A DNA stretch of 63,471 nucleotides, filler included, from Sluysia triapertura (GCA_046118255.1; 4 parts of 4 records of this genome joined end to end with filler, not necessarily neighbours in it); one strand, 5' to 3'. Positions 35,401 to 50,404 are shown, counted from the whole stretch's first letter. Made by a program: numbers and translations. Notes: generated from the sequence alone by a model not told the origin.

Positions 35401-35977
35401 AACTTCAACTGAGCCCAAAGAACGAAAATAATTTTCACTTTAGTTATTACTTAATAAAGTTGCTTTATATTTGAAAACCTTCAGAAACCACCTACTTTTG
35501 CTTTATATTTAGGTTATATATTACCACAATATCTTTCATTTGTGAACTTACCAAGTTTAAACTAAATGTGTAACTTACCAATTTCAACTTATAATCTTTA
35601 ATTAGATTATCTAAATCAATATTTCGTTCTTCAGCTTCACTTAAGCGATTCTGTGAAGCCGTAATCTCCTCGCGAAGCCAAGAATTTTCTTCAGACAATC
35701 GCATAATCATTGAATTTAATTTTATTGTATTTGCCTCAATGACATCCAAATGATCCATAAATGTCAAGATCATCTCAGCATCCTCAATACCCAATAAAAC
35801 TTTTTCTAATGGATGTTTAATAGTTTCATCAATACTATCAATATTGACTGAATTGTAATTACATTTATCGAAAGGATTAAAATCTACACCAATTTTATCT
35901 AGGCAAGTAGATCGTAACGATTTCAGTGCAACCAGAGATGATTTAGTGATTCCAATTATTTCGTTGGATTTCTTCAT
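32460..35977 (-). CDS. KLC: Kinesin light chain, exons 1-3 (35977-35579, 34676-34532, 32838-32460); later TPR exons not found
   Basis: Heptad region LGIEDAEM..HLDVIEA..KL..MIMRLSEENSWLREEITASQNRL and TPR1 [47 protein letters not shown] match KLC consensus. GT-AG introns have consistent phases (0, 1). Confidence 0.9.
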
Positions 35978-37096
35978 TAAGCTCAATAAAACATAATGTA
36001 AGTATAAAATCAAAAATAAATGTTGAGATCAAATTAAAATCCTTCAAAATAATAAGTTAAAATATAAAATAAAAGATAAATTATATATAGTTACTTCGTG
36101 AGATTTTATATTCCATATACACTAAATTTGTGTAAATAAATTAACACTTATTATATAACAATTTGAATATAAAATATTCAAAGAAAAAACTTATAAAAGA
36201 TAGTATTTATTATTTTTTATTAGTATTTTTAATTTTAATGAAAATAAATATTTTTCAATTATTATAAAATAAATAAATTTATTAAAACAAACTGAAACCA
36301 ATTTATTTAAACTAATTTGTCAACATGAATTATTGCTCATATGTAAAATATGGTTATATAATTAAAATCAACATTAATATAAAGTACTTTAAAAAGTTTT
36401 TTGCATATGTAAATGAATGTAGTTGATTTTTTACAATTTTTATATATAAACAAATTATTAAATAAATGTAATGTAAATTTATCGCATTATTTGTGATAAT
36501 TATATTTATCATTCAAATATTTTGAAATGTCTAATTCTTTACATTATTAATAATAGTAATTGGTGACTCATAGAAGCGTTTTAATTACGTATGTAAATTT
36601 TAATAAAGCAAGCAAAGACTAACACTTAAACCAAAAGCTTTTACCATTTCTAAAAATACCAATTTTGATATAAATTTTAAATTTCTTACCATTTATAAAT
36701 TTATAATTAATTTACGTAACTACTTAATTAAAATATTGAAACTTCAACAATATAAGAATACCCTGTAAACAATTTTTATTAACGATTGCATAAATTAATC
36801 CAAATATTTTCGAAATGTGTAAAATTACAATTGCTATTGCAAAAAATTATAAAATTTAAAAAATTAATACATTATTTAAAAATCATAACTGATTTTTATA
36901 AATACACTTGTTTTTATCAAAGTGATATTTAAATATCAAAATTTTTAGATTTGAAATAATCTTTTTGAAATAAATGTTTTTTTATTTATACAACATACTT
37001 TGACCCAGTTTTTGATAATCTAATATAAAAAAATTGTATAAAATTATGCATATTAAACAAAATTATTAATCATTAAATTACTCTTATTAAATTGAA

Positions 37097-37393
37097 ATGC
37101 ATGATGAATGTATGACTGTACAATCACTGTTAGCAAAAACGATTTCAATAATCGAATCAGATCCACGTATACCAACAGGTGTTCGTAAATATTACTTAAA
37201 CAATTTGAAACAACTCAATTTAGATGATATTCATTCAATTAATAATTATTATATACTCAACGAAATTTTAAGTCATCAATATAGAATTCTGTTACCAAAT
37301 CGAGCAAGAAATAATCTTTATTTATTGCGTTATCAAATTGGTTTAACATTTAAAATTAAAGCTTCCGATCAACGATCAGGACCTCGGACATAA
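37097..37393 (+). CDS. 98-aa hypothetical protein, divergently oriented from KLC
   Basis: ATG-initiated ORF with protein-like composition in very AT-rich flanks; no domain recognised. Confidence 0.35.
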   Translation: MHDECMTVQSLLAKTISIIESDPRIPTGVRKYYLNNLKQLNLDDIHSINNYYILNEILSHQYRILLPNRARNNLYLLRYQIGLTFKIKASDQRSGPRT

Positions 37394-37787
37394 TCGAAAT
37401 TAATATAAACAAAATCAAATCGAAGACTTTCACATATTTCAAACAATAATGGAAATGTTTCTATGTACTTAAAAGAGTATGTATAATATAAATTTTCCAA
37501 AAAGCATAATTTTTAATAAAATATAAAAATATATTTTGATATTATCATTTTTTGAAATAGATTATTTTTTCCATTAAATTATTACTTTTTAACTTCTGAG
37601 CTATTAAAAGTGTATGTTTGAGCTTTATAAATCAATGTCTGTTAAAAGAAATATAATGCTGTGTAAATTTTTATACGAGGCGAAATTATAGGAACATAGT
37701 GTTGGGATTCGTGAAGGGTAAAGGTAGATATAAAGGTTTAAGACTCAGGATAACATAATAAGGTGAACGTTATTGAGGAATTGAGAT

Positions 37788-37887
37788 NNNNNNNNNNNNN
37801 NNNNNNNNNNNNNNNNNNNNNNNNNNNNNNNTTAATTAATTAANNNNNNNNNNNNNNNNNNNNNNNNNNNNNNNNNNNNNNNNNNNN
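37788..37887. other. Assembly gap with six-frame stop linker
   Basis: 44 N + TTAATTAATTAA + 44 N. Confidence 0.98.
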
Positions 37888-39491
37888 TTTTTATTTTAAT
37901 ATAATTAAATTGGTAATTTTTTATAATATATAATTTTAAATAAATTTTATAATATTTTTTACAATATTACAAATTAAAAATTTTTAAAAAATAAGAATAA
38001 AAATTACAAAATTATGTACATCTTTACAATTATAATAGAGTTTATTTTTAATATATTTATTAATTATTTAATATTTATTAATTTATTAATTATTAAATTT
38101 ATTGAAGTCATGGTTCAACATTAATTAATTTTATTTCATTAATAATTCACCATTCATTTATATTCAACATTCTCGTTTATATTCAGAGTATTATTATTTT
38201 CATAGCATCTGAACGGAATAGAGACTCAACTTGATTGTTTTAATTAAGTAGTATATGTATAATTAAGTTTTCGTTAGTTCAATGCGAGCTTACAATATAC
38301 TTAAAATGTTGATTAAATATTTTACATATTTTCAACATACGTTAAAATATAGATGATAATCATATCGATAAATAATTACACATACCTATGTTGCCATTTT
38401 GTTGAATTGTAGATATACGTTTTATTTACCTACAAAAATATATCTAAGTTCTATTTTGTTCCTAATTGTTATTAACGTAAACAGATATAAATTAAAAATA
38501 GAGACCATCAAAAATATTAGACCCAGTCAGTTATACATTGTACTAAATATTTCCTGTAGAGAAGCCACCATAAGCCTTTTAATGTAGACGAACCTATCTC
38601 TAGTCACGATAAATTCAGTGAAAATCCAACAAAATCAAGAGGTTGTTATAAAACCTGTAATCAAAGTTTTATTGTGTTCAAACTTCTGTTTCAAAAACTG
38701 TCAATATTTATAATATTGTAATTTCAGGCGTTAATCATGACATATTTACTTTTTGGCGTTAACGCCTTAGGAAATTTATTTTCAGTTTAGATGTAACGCT
38801 TTCAAATTATTATTACAATTATATTAATTATTTAAAATTACAATTTAGTTTAGATTTTCATAATTGTTAGTTTTATTGGTGTTGGGGAGTTCTTCAAAGT
38901 TGTTTAATTATCTCATGAATGGTTTTAGTACACACTCATAATAATAGATTGCCTAGCAATATTTAGCAACTTAAAATATTGAAGAAACTTTTGGATTAAC
39001 CTTTATTACTTTTATATATTGCAATAATTTTTTGAAAACTAACACAAACACATACTGATTGAAATAATTTATTTTTAAAAATAAATATACTGAATCGTAG
39101 TAACGCATTCATCAAACTGGATTTCACAAAGTTGTGTTATTACTGTTCCAATATTACATAGTTCTTAAACATCAATAAAACAATTAAATAAGACAATACT
39201 TTATTATTACATCGAAATATACAAGTCAATAATAATAATCTTCAATAAATATATATTAAATAGAAGACTTAATATAAAACGATATTTTCTATAAAGTTAT
39301 TATTAAAAAGTTAAATATAAATTTTTAATTTTCTATTTAAAATAACTATGTGGTAAATATGTGAAAAAATATATAAATTCTTTTTTATTTACACATTATA
39401 ATTTCATCTTTAGATAAATTGAAATTTGTATTAAATTGTACTAATAAAATTCGTAATTTAGCCACTTACAAATGTAAGTATTAGATTTATT

Positions 39492-39493
<2 letters not shown>

Positions 39494-39530
<37 letters not shown>
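39494..39530. repeat. (AAT)n microsatellite
   Basis: About 12 consecutive AAT units. Confidence 0.9.
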
Positions 39531-39531
<1 letters not shown>

Positions 39532-42500
39532 CTTTTCTAATAATTAGTAAAGAATTAAAATAAAATAAAAACCAGGTTATACAAAGGTGTATGAAAATTA
39601 AAAAGCATGATATAAGTATATCACAATAAGGGCGCAATACGTTAATAAGTTATGCCATTTTCAAATAAATCAATGGACAAATAATAAATGAATAATTTGA
39701 AATTTATTTATAAATTGTCATTGTTCATTTGTATAGAGACCACAATAAGAAATTCATATAATATATGTATCTTTACCTGGATAAATCTAAAACAATAATA
39801 ATAATAATAAATTACAGAACAAAATTAACTTTTATAAAGAAGAAATTAGTCATATGATCACAAAAACGTAAAATAAAATTATAAGCATATATAAGTATGA
39901 AATAAAATTGTCCATATATTAGAATTAACTAAAGAATGAAATTAGAAAATGTTTAATCAATTAAATTAATATTATTATAATTATAATTATAAATTACTCA
40001 TTATTTCATATTCTGTGACACATGGTAATCATGCAATAATACGAGAATATGGAATCAATGGCAAAATACAAAAAATGCCTATCACCAAGAAGACCGAGAG
40101 GGTTATTAAACCTAACACTCATCTAAGACTCAAAACCTTAAATTTTTGGAAACATTTTAGTCAAAACATTAAGTTTCATGTTTCTGAAGAGTAGATATTA
40201 TATGGGATTTATAAGATAATGGTTATTTTCACTTAAGATTCATATCGTACAAAATTTCAGAAGTTTGTGATTCAACGTTATGTTAACATGGCTGTGCCTT
40301 GTCTCACATTGGAAACACATATCAAACATAACTCACGTTTGATTTACTGTCTAATATGACAATTACAGATAAAGGATCTAAAAACCAATTCTTGATAATG
40401 TTATCCTATATTGTTGATGGTGGAAAATAAATCCACATGCTGCTTTCAAAAATAGTTACTACATCTACCATAGCTTGATAAAATACTTGTTCAAATACAC
40501 TCAAAAGGTTAGTTTAATGATGAAATAATAAAACATAAGGCAAATAGTGTCCGAGAAAGACATAGCTGAATTAAGACTTTATATAAAATTTATATGCACC
40601 CTTTTTATACGTGAAAAATCGAGTGAAAAAGTGCGTATTACACACACACATGTATATGTGACACAACAAAACAATTTTCAGATTTGAAATAAGTCTTGGA
40701 AACTAACTTCAAAATATATCCTCTTTTATGAGATATAAAAATTTTGTAAAATTCAGTGTAACACAAAGAGTAAAAATAATAACTAATGTTCTAATGTTCT
40801 AGAATCCTTGTTTAATTTATATACATTTCTTAAAGTATATACTTTTAATTTTAGCTTTATTATTATTATTATCATTATTATTATCATTATCATCACTTTT
40901 AGTTCCATTGTCACTACGACCAATTAAATTAATATTGTGATTTCTTAATATTTGTTTCATTATCTTCAGAACTAATATTATTGTTATTATTAGTACTTTT
41001 AATATTATATACTTTAATAATGGAATTCATTTTTACTAAGGCATCATTAAACATTTACGTTTATATCTTCATCAGCAGTCGTGAAGTATGTTATACCAAT
41101 CATACAGTTTTACCTTCTTTACGAATTTGGTGGCCAATTTAATTCGATAATATAAAGCAACATTACAATTAATTGTTTATAAAAGGATTCCAATATAGTA
41201 TATATTAGTAACCAAGACTATCACTATATTGCCAAATTCCGAGCACAAATATATTCCTCTACACTAACACCTGTGGAAATGTTGTACAAGTTGGTATTAA
41301 CCACACAGATAAAATCATTGGTCATCATAGGAGCATATTTCATTATTCTTGATATCACTAAACATTTAGCAATATAAATAGCACAAAATTAAGTTTACTT
41401 GATGTTTCAAAGATTACATTTAACATAAATTTGAAACAAAATTAAAACCGAATATAATTTATTTAAATAAGTCAAATCAAGAAGAATACAAAATATCAAA
41501 GTCAATTCAACAATTGTTTCATTTAAGTTTACTAAAAATAGTTAATTATTTATTTAATTATAATTTTCTTGGATAAATACTTAATTATAGAGATGGTTTA
41601 GTTAAAAATAAATTACAATAATAACAATAAAAGATACCGATAATAAAATATTATTTTTACTGTTATAATTTATTATTTATTTTTAAATTATATTTACTCA
41701 TTTCCTATTATAAAAAAAGAAACTTACAATGACAACTTCTTGTTACAAAAATTTTTAAAAAATCATCATAACAAAAAGAAATTCTAAAAATCATGAAATA
41801 AAGCTAAAAGTAAAATCGTTATTATTAAATCTGAAGTACTACTTGTCGAAAATAAATCTACTCTTTTTTCCAACACACTTAATTTTTGGATTAAGTGTTG
41901 ACATAAACGAAAATAATATTGCAATCGTAGTTATCACAAAATTACATGTGAAAAAAATCTACAATAATTAATTATGTAGGTTAAATGTGTAGTACAGCTG
42001 TGTAATGATTAATTACTAGTTAATAGAATAATTAAATTATGTTTAATTACAGATTAATGAAATAATTAAAATACAAATATTATTCGCCATTTATTGTATA
42101 ATTAATTTTAATTAACATCAAACAAATTTGTTAAATTTAACATTAATAAAATAACTAGTATACAAATTTTAATTAATTGTGTTAAACATCAAAACAGTAT
42201 ATAAGAACCACATAAAATAGCAAAATACTAAATAAAGACATTGCTGTTATTGTAAGATATCACTGTTATTAGAAGATGTTATTATCATCAAAGAAGTTAT
42301 TTTAAAAGGTTGTTGGTGATATTAGAAGACATTATTATCAAGACTGTTGTTGAAAACCTATTATTATCAAGGACGCTTCTATAGAAAATTATATCGCTAG
42401 ATTAATAAGATGTAAAATATTGAACATAGTATAATATAATTTAATTAACATAGTTTTCTTTAAGTTAATATCTTGAAGAAAAATATTTATATTATGTAAT

Positions 42501-42887
42501 TATAAAAATTATAGTATTTCACGTAGTATTGTAGCGTTTAGTTAATAAACCTTTGTGTTTTTAGTCTCTTAATTTACTAAAGAGGGAGAAAGTTTGAAAT
42601 TTGAAATATCAAATACCACAGACTTTGTAAAGACTCTAAACCTTAAATATTAAATTAAAACTCAATAACGAATAATCTAAAATAATTTTTTTCAGTGAGA
42701 TTAATAATCAACAGACAATAACAACCTAAATAAATAAAACAAGTTTTAATTAAAAAACGAAATAAATAAAAATAGCATATTATGTTATATTATTAGAAAA
42801 TGTGAACAAAATTTATTGTATTAAATCCATTGTAGAAATCCATTGTTTTATCTTTAAATCGATATTACTAGAGTGAGGTTAAAGTAA

Positions 42888-43051
42888 TCACTTTCTGCAA
42901 GCTTTGGGATTTGGTCAAATTATCATTCCTTAGGCTTTGAATCAACAAATTCTTAACACACTTCTTCAACTTTATCGTAAACAGAAAATAGGCGACCTTT
43001 CATAAAGTGTTGCAATGATCGGAAGAAATCGTAATCAGATGGTGCAACATC
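42888..43051 (-). mobile_element. mariner transposase C-terminal fragment
   Basis: DVAPSDYDFFRSLQHFMKGRLFSVYDKVEEVC*EFVDSKP matches the mariner (SP)DLAPSDY.LF..L motif. Confidence 0.85.
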
Positions 43052-43606
43052 TATAAGTTGAATGAGTCTTTATCTTTATACTTATTAGAGTTTTCTGAAA
43101 AACAAATTGATTTTTAATATAATTAATAAATTTATATAACAATTATTATTATCATTGTAAAAATTAAATAATTTAAATTTATAAAAATATTATTTCATTC
43201 ATTCATTCATTTCATTTTTATTTTATTAATAGCTTCTGAGTTGTAAAATTCCTGGAATCTTCATGGTTTTGTAGATTTTACAAATGCGGAATTAATTTAT
43301 TCCTTATATGATTTATCCTTCTATAATATTTTCCGAGTAAATTAAATGAAATTAAAACTGTGCTTACATTAGATTCGATAGTACTAACACCAATGAAAAG
43401 ATATATACATTAAAAATGATAAAAGACTTAAATGCTTCACGATTCTCAATTTAAATAAAACACATTAGTGCTAGTTTATGTAATAAATTTTAAGCTGTAA
43501 AATTTAATTTTAATACTTTAAATATGAAGTAGTTTGTTATTATTTTGTTAAAATAGATTGTAAGATAAACAAACAATTAACTAACATTTGAAAATAATTT
43601 TAATTT

Positions 43607-44077
43607 TTAATTGGATCTGTCACTACAAATAGAATTCGTATAACTTCGACAATTGGGACTCATAGTACCGTCTCGCATGCTCGTAGTACCACTAGCACTA
43701 GGACTAACCATTCCTTTCTTATTAATACGTGCAATTTCTTCCGGTGGTAAATTCGGTTTATTATACTTAAGCCACGGTAATTGTTCATTAACTATTTTCA
43801 CATTGCCACCACTAGGTTTATATTTCATATTATTCAAACTTCCCACCTTACTTTCACATTTCCATTCCAATTTGCGATTATCGATCTTCACGTCACCTCC
43901 AGTTGCTTTATGAGTTACATTTGACAATGATTGTATTTTAGAAGCCGTATCAGAATAATTTAATTTTTCCTCAAATATTTTCACATTTCCACCACTTGGT
44001 TTATGTTTAATATTTTTTGTAGATCCACATTTTGATTGAACATTTGAAAGATCAATCTTTTGATCGACAATCTTTAC
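43607..44077 (-). CDS. Tau/MAP2-family microtubule-associated protein, terminal exon
   Basis: Acceptor TTTAG at 44078. Exon reads VKIVDQKIDLSNVQSKCGSTKNIKHKPSGGNVKI..SKIQSLSNVTHKATGGDVKI..SKVGSLNNMKYKPSGGNVKI, i.e. three tubulin-binding repeats. Confidence 0.92.
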   Translation of the reverse strand, partial: VKIVDQKIDLSNVQSKCGSTKNIKHKPSGGNVKIFEEKLNYSDTASKIQSLSNVTHKATGGDVKIDNRKLEWKCESKVGSLNNMKYKPSGGNVKIVNEQLPWLKYNKPNLPPEEIARINKKGMVSPSASGTTSMRDGTMSPNCRSYTNSICSDRSN

Positions 44078-45515
44078 CTAAATTAATATAAATATAAATA
44101 TATTTATCAAATAAAGTTTAATATTACAGTTTATTTGTTATTATGTATGAAATATTTCTGAAGAAACAGCGAATTCGACAGAAAAACGTTCATTTTAATC
44201 ATAATCGTACCATACTTAAATTTTGAATGTATGGCCTGTGCATAATATTTTGTTTATATATAAATCTTGTTTTGATAAATAAATGAATTTAAACTATAAA
44301 CAAAAAATAACATTGTAGTTATTCCCAGATTCACATCGTGGTATGGTTCGTTATAAACAATTTTCACTATAATAGATATAATATCTATTTATTTAACCAA
44401 TTAAGACATCACTTCTAAACTTTTAATTTTAATATTACTTTCGTAATAATTTAGCATTTTATTTTATTGATAATAATTAACATAAACATCAATATTTTAC
44501 GATATAATTACAGATCATATAGTATAATGTTATTCAAAATGGGTAAACATAATATAATGTTATTAGTTTTTAATTTCTTATCAAGCACTGGAAGATATTC
44601 CAAATATACTCTAAAAGATATCTCAATAATGCTTAATGCGCAAATACAACAATTAATGATGTTTAATAAGTGAAAAAATGTTTACAACAATAATAGATTT
44701 AAGTAAATATAAATGGTAGAAAATTTAATTATTATTAAATTAAAATAAATGAGAGAATCTTTAAAAATTGCAATTCATAATGCAAAATAAGATTAATATA
44801 CTTAAAATGCCCTCTTTACATACCTTACTAATAGAGATACCTACAAAAAATAGCAAAATAATTATGTCAAACAAAAGTATTACTTATTTTAATATAAATA
44901 CAAACTACAAAAAGAGTAATTTCACAGAGCATCAAGTTGTATTGAGTTTTAATATTGTTTCTTTAATGTAAATATTATTCAATTTATTTCGTTCAAATAA
45001 TCATAAGTTTGCTAAACATTTCATTAAAAATTACAAACACAAATAATCTAATTATTCAATTTTAATTGGTTTGGCAGGTTTTTCTAGCTATATACGCATT
45101 TTCAATTAATATTAATTTACAATATTATTACAAGGTATCAAGATTCTTTATCGAATTAGTTTGTAACAATTTCGAAAACGAAGAATAAGGTTTTCTTTCG
45201 TACAAAATAATAAGTTCGAATTTTTAAAGCTAGAATCAGAGGATGCAGCAGAATTCCATCAATGTGAGTTAGTTTAGTGTTGAATTTGTCGAGCGAAACT
45301 CAATTATTTAATTGAAGCGCTTTTATGACATTTTAAATATATACAGTAAATGAATAATTGTTTAAATAAATACGCATATATTTATTTTAATAAGTACAAT
45401 TTTAATTTTATTGAATCGCTATTGATTTGCCGGTATGCATTGTTTAAAATACCTTATGATAATTAAAATTAATTTTTTTAAATTTTAAATTAGTTTAGAA
45501 AAATATTCTATCGCA

Positions 45516-47098
45516 ATGTCAAATAATCTCAAAAGAGTCATATTGACTGTGATACAAAAATATCAGTTAATTGAAATGAGTGAAAAGAGTAAATCCACAT
45601 CGAAACTTTCGGAAGAATACGGAGTTGGTGCTGAAACAATTCGAGATATAATTAAGCAAAAAAGAAAGTTGAAGGAGTTTACAAGAGATTGTGATAGTAA
45701 TGCAGGTTCTTTAACTCGGAAAAGTATGAAATTTCATCATATGAAGATTTAGATACAGGTATGCTTAAATGGTTTAATCAAAAACGAGCAGAAGGAATGC
45801 CAATTACAGGACATAAAACCAAATTCTTTAAAGATTCACTGGGATTAAAAGACGACTTTAACGCATCTTCTAGATGACTAACCAGATTTAAGAAACGTCA
45901 TGGTATCCGTGAGCTTTCAATCCAAGGATAACGCATTAGCCAAGATGTTGACGCCACTACTAAATTCCAGATTGAATTTGAGAAATATGTTGAAGCAAAT
46001 GATTTGAAACCCGACCAAATATATAATGCTGACGAGACAGGCTTATACTGGAAGTGTTTGCCTACAAAGACACTTGCTTCATCTAATGAATCATAGACTT
46101 CAGGCCACAAATAATCTAAAGAACGTATCACAATCATGCATCCTGAACTCATAAAATGGAAAAGCGAAAAGCCAAGATCATTTAAAGGAACAGAAATAAA
46201 GAATTATCATGTTGGCTACTACAATCAAAAGGAGGATGGATGGACAAAAGGATCATTGAATATTGGTTTAAAAAATGGGTCCCAGAAATTCGAGTTTTTT
46301 TAAAAAAATAAAGAATTGCCACAGAAGGCAGTACTGGTATTAGATAATGTTCCTTGTCATCCAAAGGAAAGCATACTAAAAACAGACGACGCTCTTACAG
46401 CTGCAAAATTTTTACCACCTAATGTAACATCTTTAATTCAACCTATGGATGAAGGAGTTATCTCTTTAATGAAACGCATTTATCTCCTTAAAAGCTTCTG
46501 CAGTGAAGATTACGGTGTTGGATGCAACATACGGAGCTGTTAAATCATAGAACAAAAATAAGCCAATAACACTAATTCGATCGTAGTTGAAAATTTTGTC
46601 AAATGTAGAAAGTAACGTTTCTGACTTTATCGAACCTGAGATATGTAACATTTCAGAATTATGTGAACTAATGAAAATTTTAAATGGCTTTGAAAATGTT
46701 GATGACCAAAATATTGAAAAATGGATAGAATTTATTTATCTGATCCAGGATTCCACATACAGAGTGACACGGATATTATTTCAAATCTAATTTCAAATCC
46801 AAATGAAAATGAAAGTGAGGTAGAAGATATTATCAATCGTATTGGTCACAACACGGCAGTGACTTCTGTCGATCAATGGAGCTTCGACCATAACGATGTA
46901 ACATCTTTAAGAAAAATCCGAGATGATATTAAAAAGTAATTGAGAAATTCACTTAAACAAACCAAAATTATCGATTTTTTAATAAAACATTGAATGTATT
47001 TTCATTGCTTTGTATTATACAAGTATTTTGCCTTATTATTTGCTGATTATCCGTGCGACCCTCACCATCATTAGTCCGAGTAATAGGGAGTTTACTCT
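45516..47098 (+). mobile_element. pogo/Tigger (Jerky-like) DNA transposon, inactivated
   Basis: CENP-B-type HTH (KRVILTVIQK..LSEEYGVGAETIRDI), [49 protein letters not shown]; many stops and frameshifts. TIR-like end ..GAGTAATAGGGAGTTTACTCTA at ~47098. Confidence 0.9.
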
Positions 47099-48543
47099 AT
47101 TGTTAAATGTACAGGAATATGATATAGATTGATTAATAAGTCAAATATGTTGTTAAATATAACATTATATACAATTATTTTGCATTGCTATAATTGATAT
47201 TTCAAAAATATTTTATATTTTATAATCACAAATAATTTAACTGACATTTTAATTAAAAAATATTAAATATTTGTTTATATTAAGTATTCATAAACTATTA
47301 AAATAGAATTACAAAAATAGAACAATTAAGGTCAATGACCTAAATAATTATGTATAAATAAACCATACAATCAGCACAATACGTATTTTAATTTTGAATT
47401 TGGAATCTTGTTTTCAGGTTTTGTTTTGACAAATATTTCCACTTTTGAATATTGATTTCAAGTTTTGGTTTGCAGTATAGATTCAGATTTTCAGATTTCC
47501 ATAAAGATTATCGTAAGTTTTTTAAATAATTTTTTAGTTTTTTTGCTAATTTAAAACTTTGCAAATAAAATCCTACTTAAAACAATTAATTTTATAACCA
47601 TATAATAGTTATTTATAAATTATTACTAAAACACAATTAAGCAAACAATTACCTCTTAAAGAGAGCATAATCTTGATAAAGTCGTATTATAATTTGTGGT
47701 AAAATTCGTTTTATAACTGTTTATTCTAACTATCATTTTAATTTATTAATGTATATTCAGTATATTCGAATCTTTTTACAATAACAATATATATATTTAA
47801 AGTAATTAATTTTTTTAATGATCTTTTTAATAATTTACATAGTTATAATACCTAACATATTTGGAATTTTCATTTAAACTTCTATTTAAAAACAGAACTT
47901 TAATAAAATCCAAGAGAAATTTAATCTCGCTATTAAGCGAAACCAAAATAATCAGTAAGGTCTAGAATCCTATTAACTTCGCCAAAAGGCGGATCAAGAA
48001 TTATATTAAAGAAAGAACAAAATATTAAAAATTCTTTGAGGTTCCATTTAAGAATGAAACTTTTTAAATTATTTCTTAAGATTTGATTTAAGTAACAAAC
48101 CTAAATAAATTTTTAATTTCAACGTTTCTTTTAAATCAAAACCATACTATAATAATACCGACTTTACGTACAAAATTAGTAACTTAAATTGAATAAATCC
48201 TAAAATTCCAGTTTAATATATCCAAAATAAAAGTTAAGTTTAACCTAAATCCGTGCACCTCCAGTAAGCTTACGTTTCTATTTAAAATCAAACGGTCTAG
48301 CATAATTTGTAAGTCTAGATACGTTTGTGAACTCACTATCATATTTTTATTATGCAAGGTTATAAAATCATAATATCTTAGCTATAAGGCCGTTGTCTGT
48401 TTTCAATATGCTTTCATTTGGATGACAAAATTAAGTTTTATAATATGAACACTGTTTATTTTGAACAACGAACAATAATTATTGTAAAATAAATCAATAA
48501 TAACTCAATATTTTGTTTAAATATTCATTTTTAACTGTCTTTT

Positions 48544-49810
48544 ATGAACATGAAAAATACAAAAACAAAACGAAAGAGAAAGGATTTAAGCATCGAAGAG
48601 AAACAGAAAATATTAAAATTATTTGTTTAAGATAAAGGTTGTTCTCAACGATTTCTTCTATCAAAATACAATCTTTCATTAGGTTGTATAAATAATCTTA
48701 TGAAATCTAGAGACTCCATTTTGAAGTCAAACTTGAATACCAAAGAAAAAAGAAAAACACATTTACGTAGTGGATATCAAGTTGATGCCATCCTATATGA
48801 AAGTTTCCAGATTCAGAGAACAAGAAATATCAGTATCAGTGGTGATATATTGCAACACAAGGCATTAGAATTAGCACAGCACTTAGGAATCGTGATTTTA
48901 AAGATTAATTCTTTTCTTTCCAGGTATGTGATGTCCAAAAGAATTACTGATGAATCAAAAACCGTGGATGAAAGATTTATTCTTAATTTTAAGGAATTCA
49001 ATATGTCAAAGTTAAAAGAATATGAAGATAGAAATGTTTATAATTGTGACGAAACCGGACTATTCTGGAAATATTCATTAAACAGAACATACAGAATTTC
49101 TAAAGAGGATAAAACAATTGGTAAGTTTTCTAATTACTATACTCTTGGTAGAAAAGTTAAAGCCTTTAGTGATAGGCAGATCGGAGAAACATCGTTGTTT
49201 TAAAGATTTCTACATAGAAAATCCATCTGTTTATTTCCGTTGGAATACAAAGTCTTGGATGACGTTAACAATTTTTCAAGATTGGTTAAAAGATTTGAAC
49301 TGTATAATGAAAGCAGAGGTGCGGACAATTTTATTATTGTTAGACAACGCACCTATTCACGCAAAAGACTTCGAATTGAACAACATCGAGTTATACTTTT
49401 TGACAAAGGTATTATAAAGACTATTATAAGAAGTTTTGAGTATGTCAATGAATTTTAATGAATTTAGATAATAATGTTACACAAGAAAAATGATGTATAA
49501 TGGTTGATTTGTATCAAGCAGTGGTTTGGATTTCGAAAGTATGGAATAGTGTAAAACAAGCGACTATCTCTAATTGTTTTACCAAGTCTTTCGAAAATGC
49601 ATGTTAAAGAAGTGAATATTGAATGTGATGATTTTCTATGTTTTGAGATTAATCCAAAATTTGATGACCATCTCTTATTTGATCTAGTAGAGGAAACAAA
49701 GGATAATTCTGTTGAAGAGGTAGAAGATGCAGGATACGAAGCCTATGAGTATGCAGAAAATATTTTCAAGCTAATACTCCTATGGGTGCTAATTGCTGAC
49801 ACCGTTTTAT
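48544..49810 (+). mobile_element. pogo/Tigger (TIGD4/6-like) transposase remnant
   Basis: KRKDLSIEEKQKIL; ISGDILQHKALELA; VYNCDETGLFWK; EKLKPLVIGRS; KSWMT..IF.DWL; LLLLDNAPIH. The LPPN..QP segment is deleted; frameshifted. Confidence 0.9.
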
Positions 49811-50239
49811 AGTTAATAATCTTGTATAAATTAATTTGTTATTTGATTTTATAATTGAAGGTTTAAATCTAACTTTTAAAGATAGAAGTTAAAGATATAT
49901 ATATTTGCGTTCATGGTGTACATTAAAGTTGAGGGCGTATTGTATGTTTGTGTGTAGTGAACTGTATTAGACGTCAAGTGAGAGAATGAAGACGCGCAAA
50001 AAGGATTGGTCTTACAGTTATTTAGTCCAAGTCTTAATGTTTCAAACATTGACATATTATTCGTATTAATTAATATATTCACTATGAATATTTTAATTCT
50101 TTTATTGAATTCATAGTGATAGACATAGTCGTTGACATAATAGTTCGTGCTAGTTAAATCTCTGAATCTAATCATGCTAACATATTTGATTCTTAAAAAT
50201 TTATTACTATATTGGAAGTAAGACTTGTTTATTATAGAT

Positions 50240-50339
50240 NNNNNNNNNNNNNNNNNNNNNNNNNNNNNNNNNNNNNNNNNNNNTTAATTAATTAANNNNN
50301 NNNNNNNNNNNNNNNNNNNNNNNNNNNNNNNNNNNNNNN
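50240..50339. other. Assembly gap with six-frame stop linker
   Basis: 44 N + TTAATTAATTAA + 44 N. Confidence 0.98.
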
Positions 50340-50354
50340 CGAAATTTTCTTACA

Positions 50355-50404
50355 GTGAGCCACCAACGTACTAGGCTTACCGATTAGGGCTAGCCGTTGG
50401 ATTT
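50355..50404 (+). repeat. Dispersed ~50-bp GC-rich hairpin motif, copy 2
   Basis: GTGAGCCACCAACGTACTAGGCTTACCGATTAGGGCTAGCCGTTGGATTT; see 567-617. Confidence 0.85.

Noticed and set aside
40200-40640. Possible pogo remnant ending AAAAAGTGCGTATTACAC
   Set aside because: Only a TIR-like end and vague peptide similarity.
50355-50404. Known self-cleaving ribozyme (hammerhead, pistol or twister) as identity of the conserved hairpin
   Set aside because: Catalytic core motifs and pseudoknot partners are not present on either strand by inspection.
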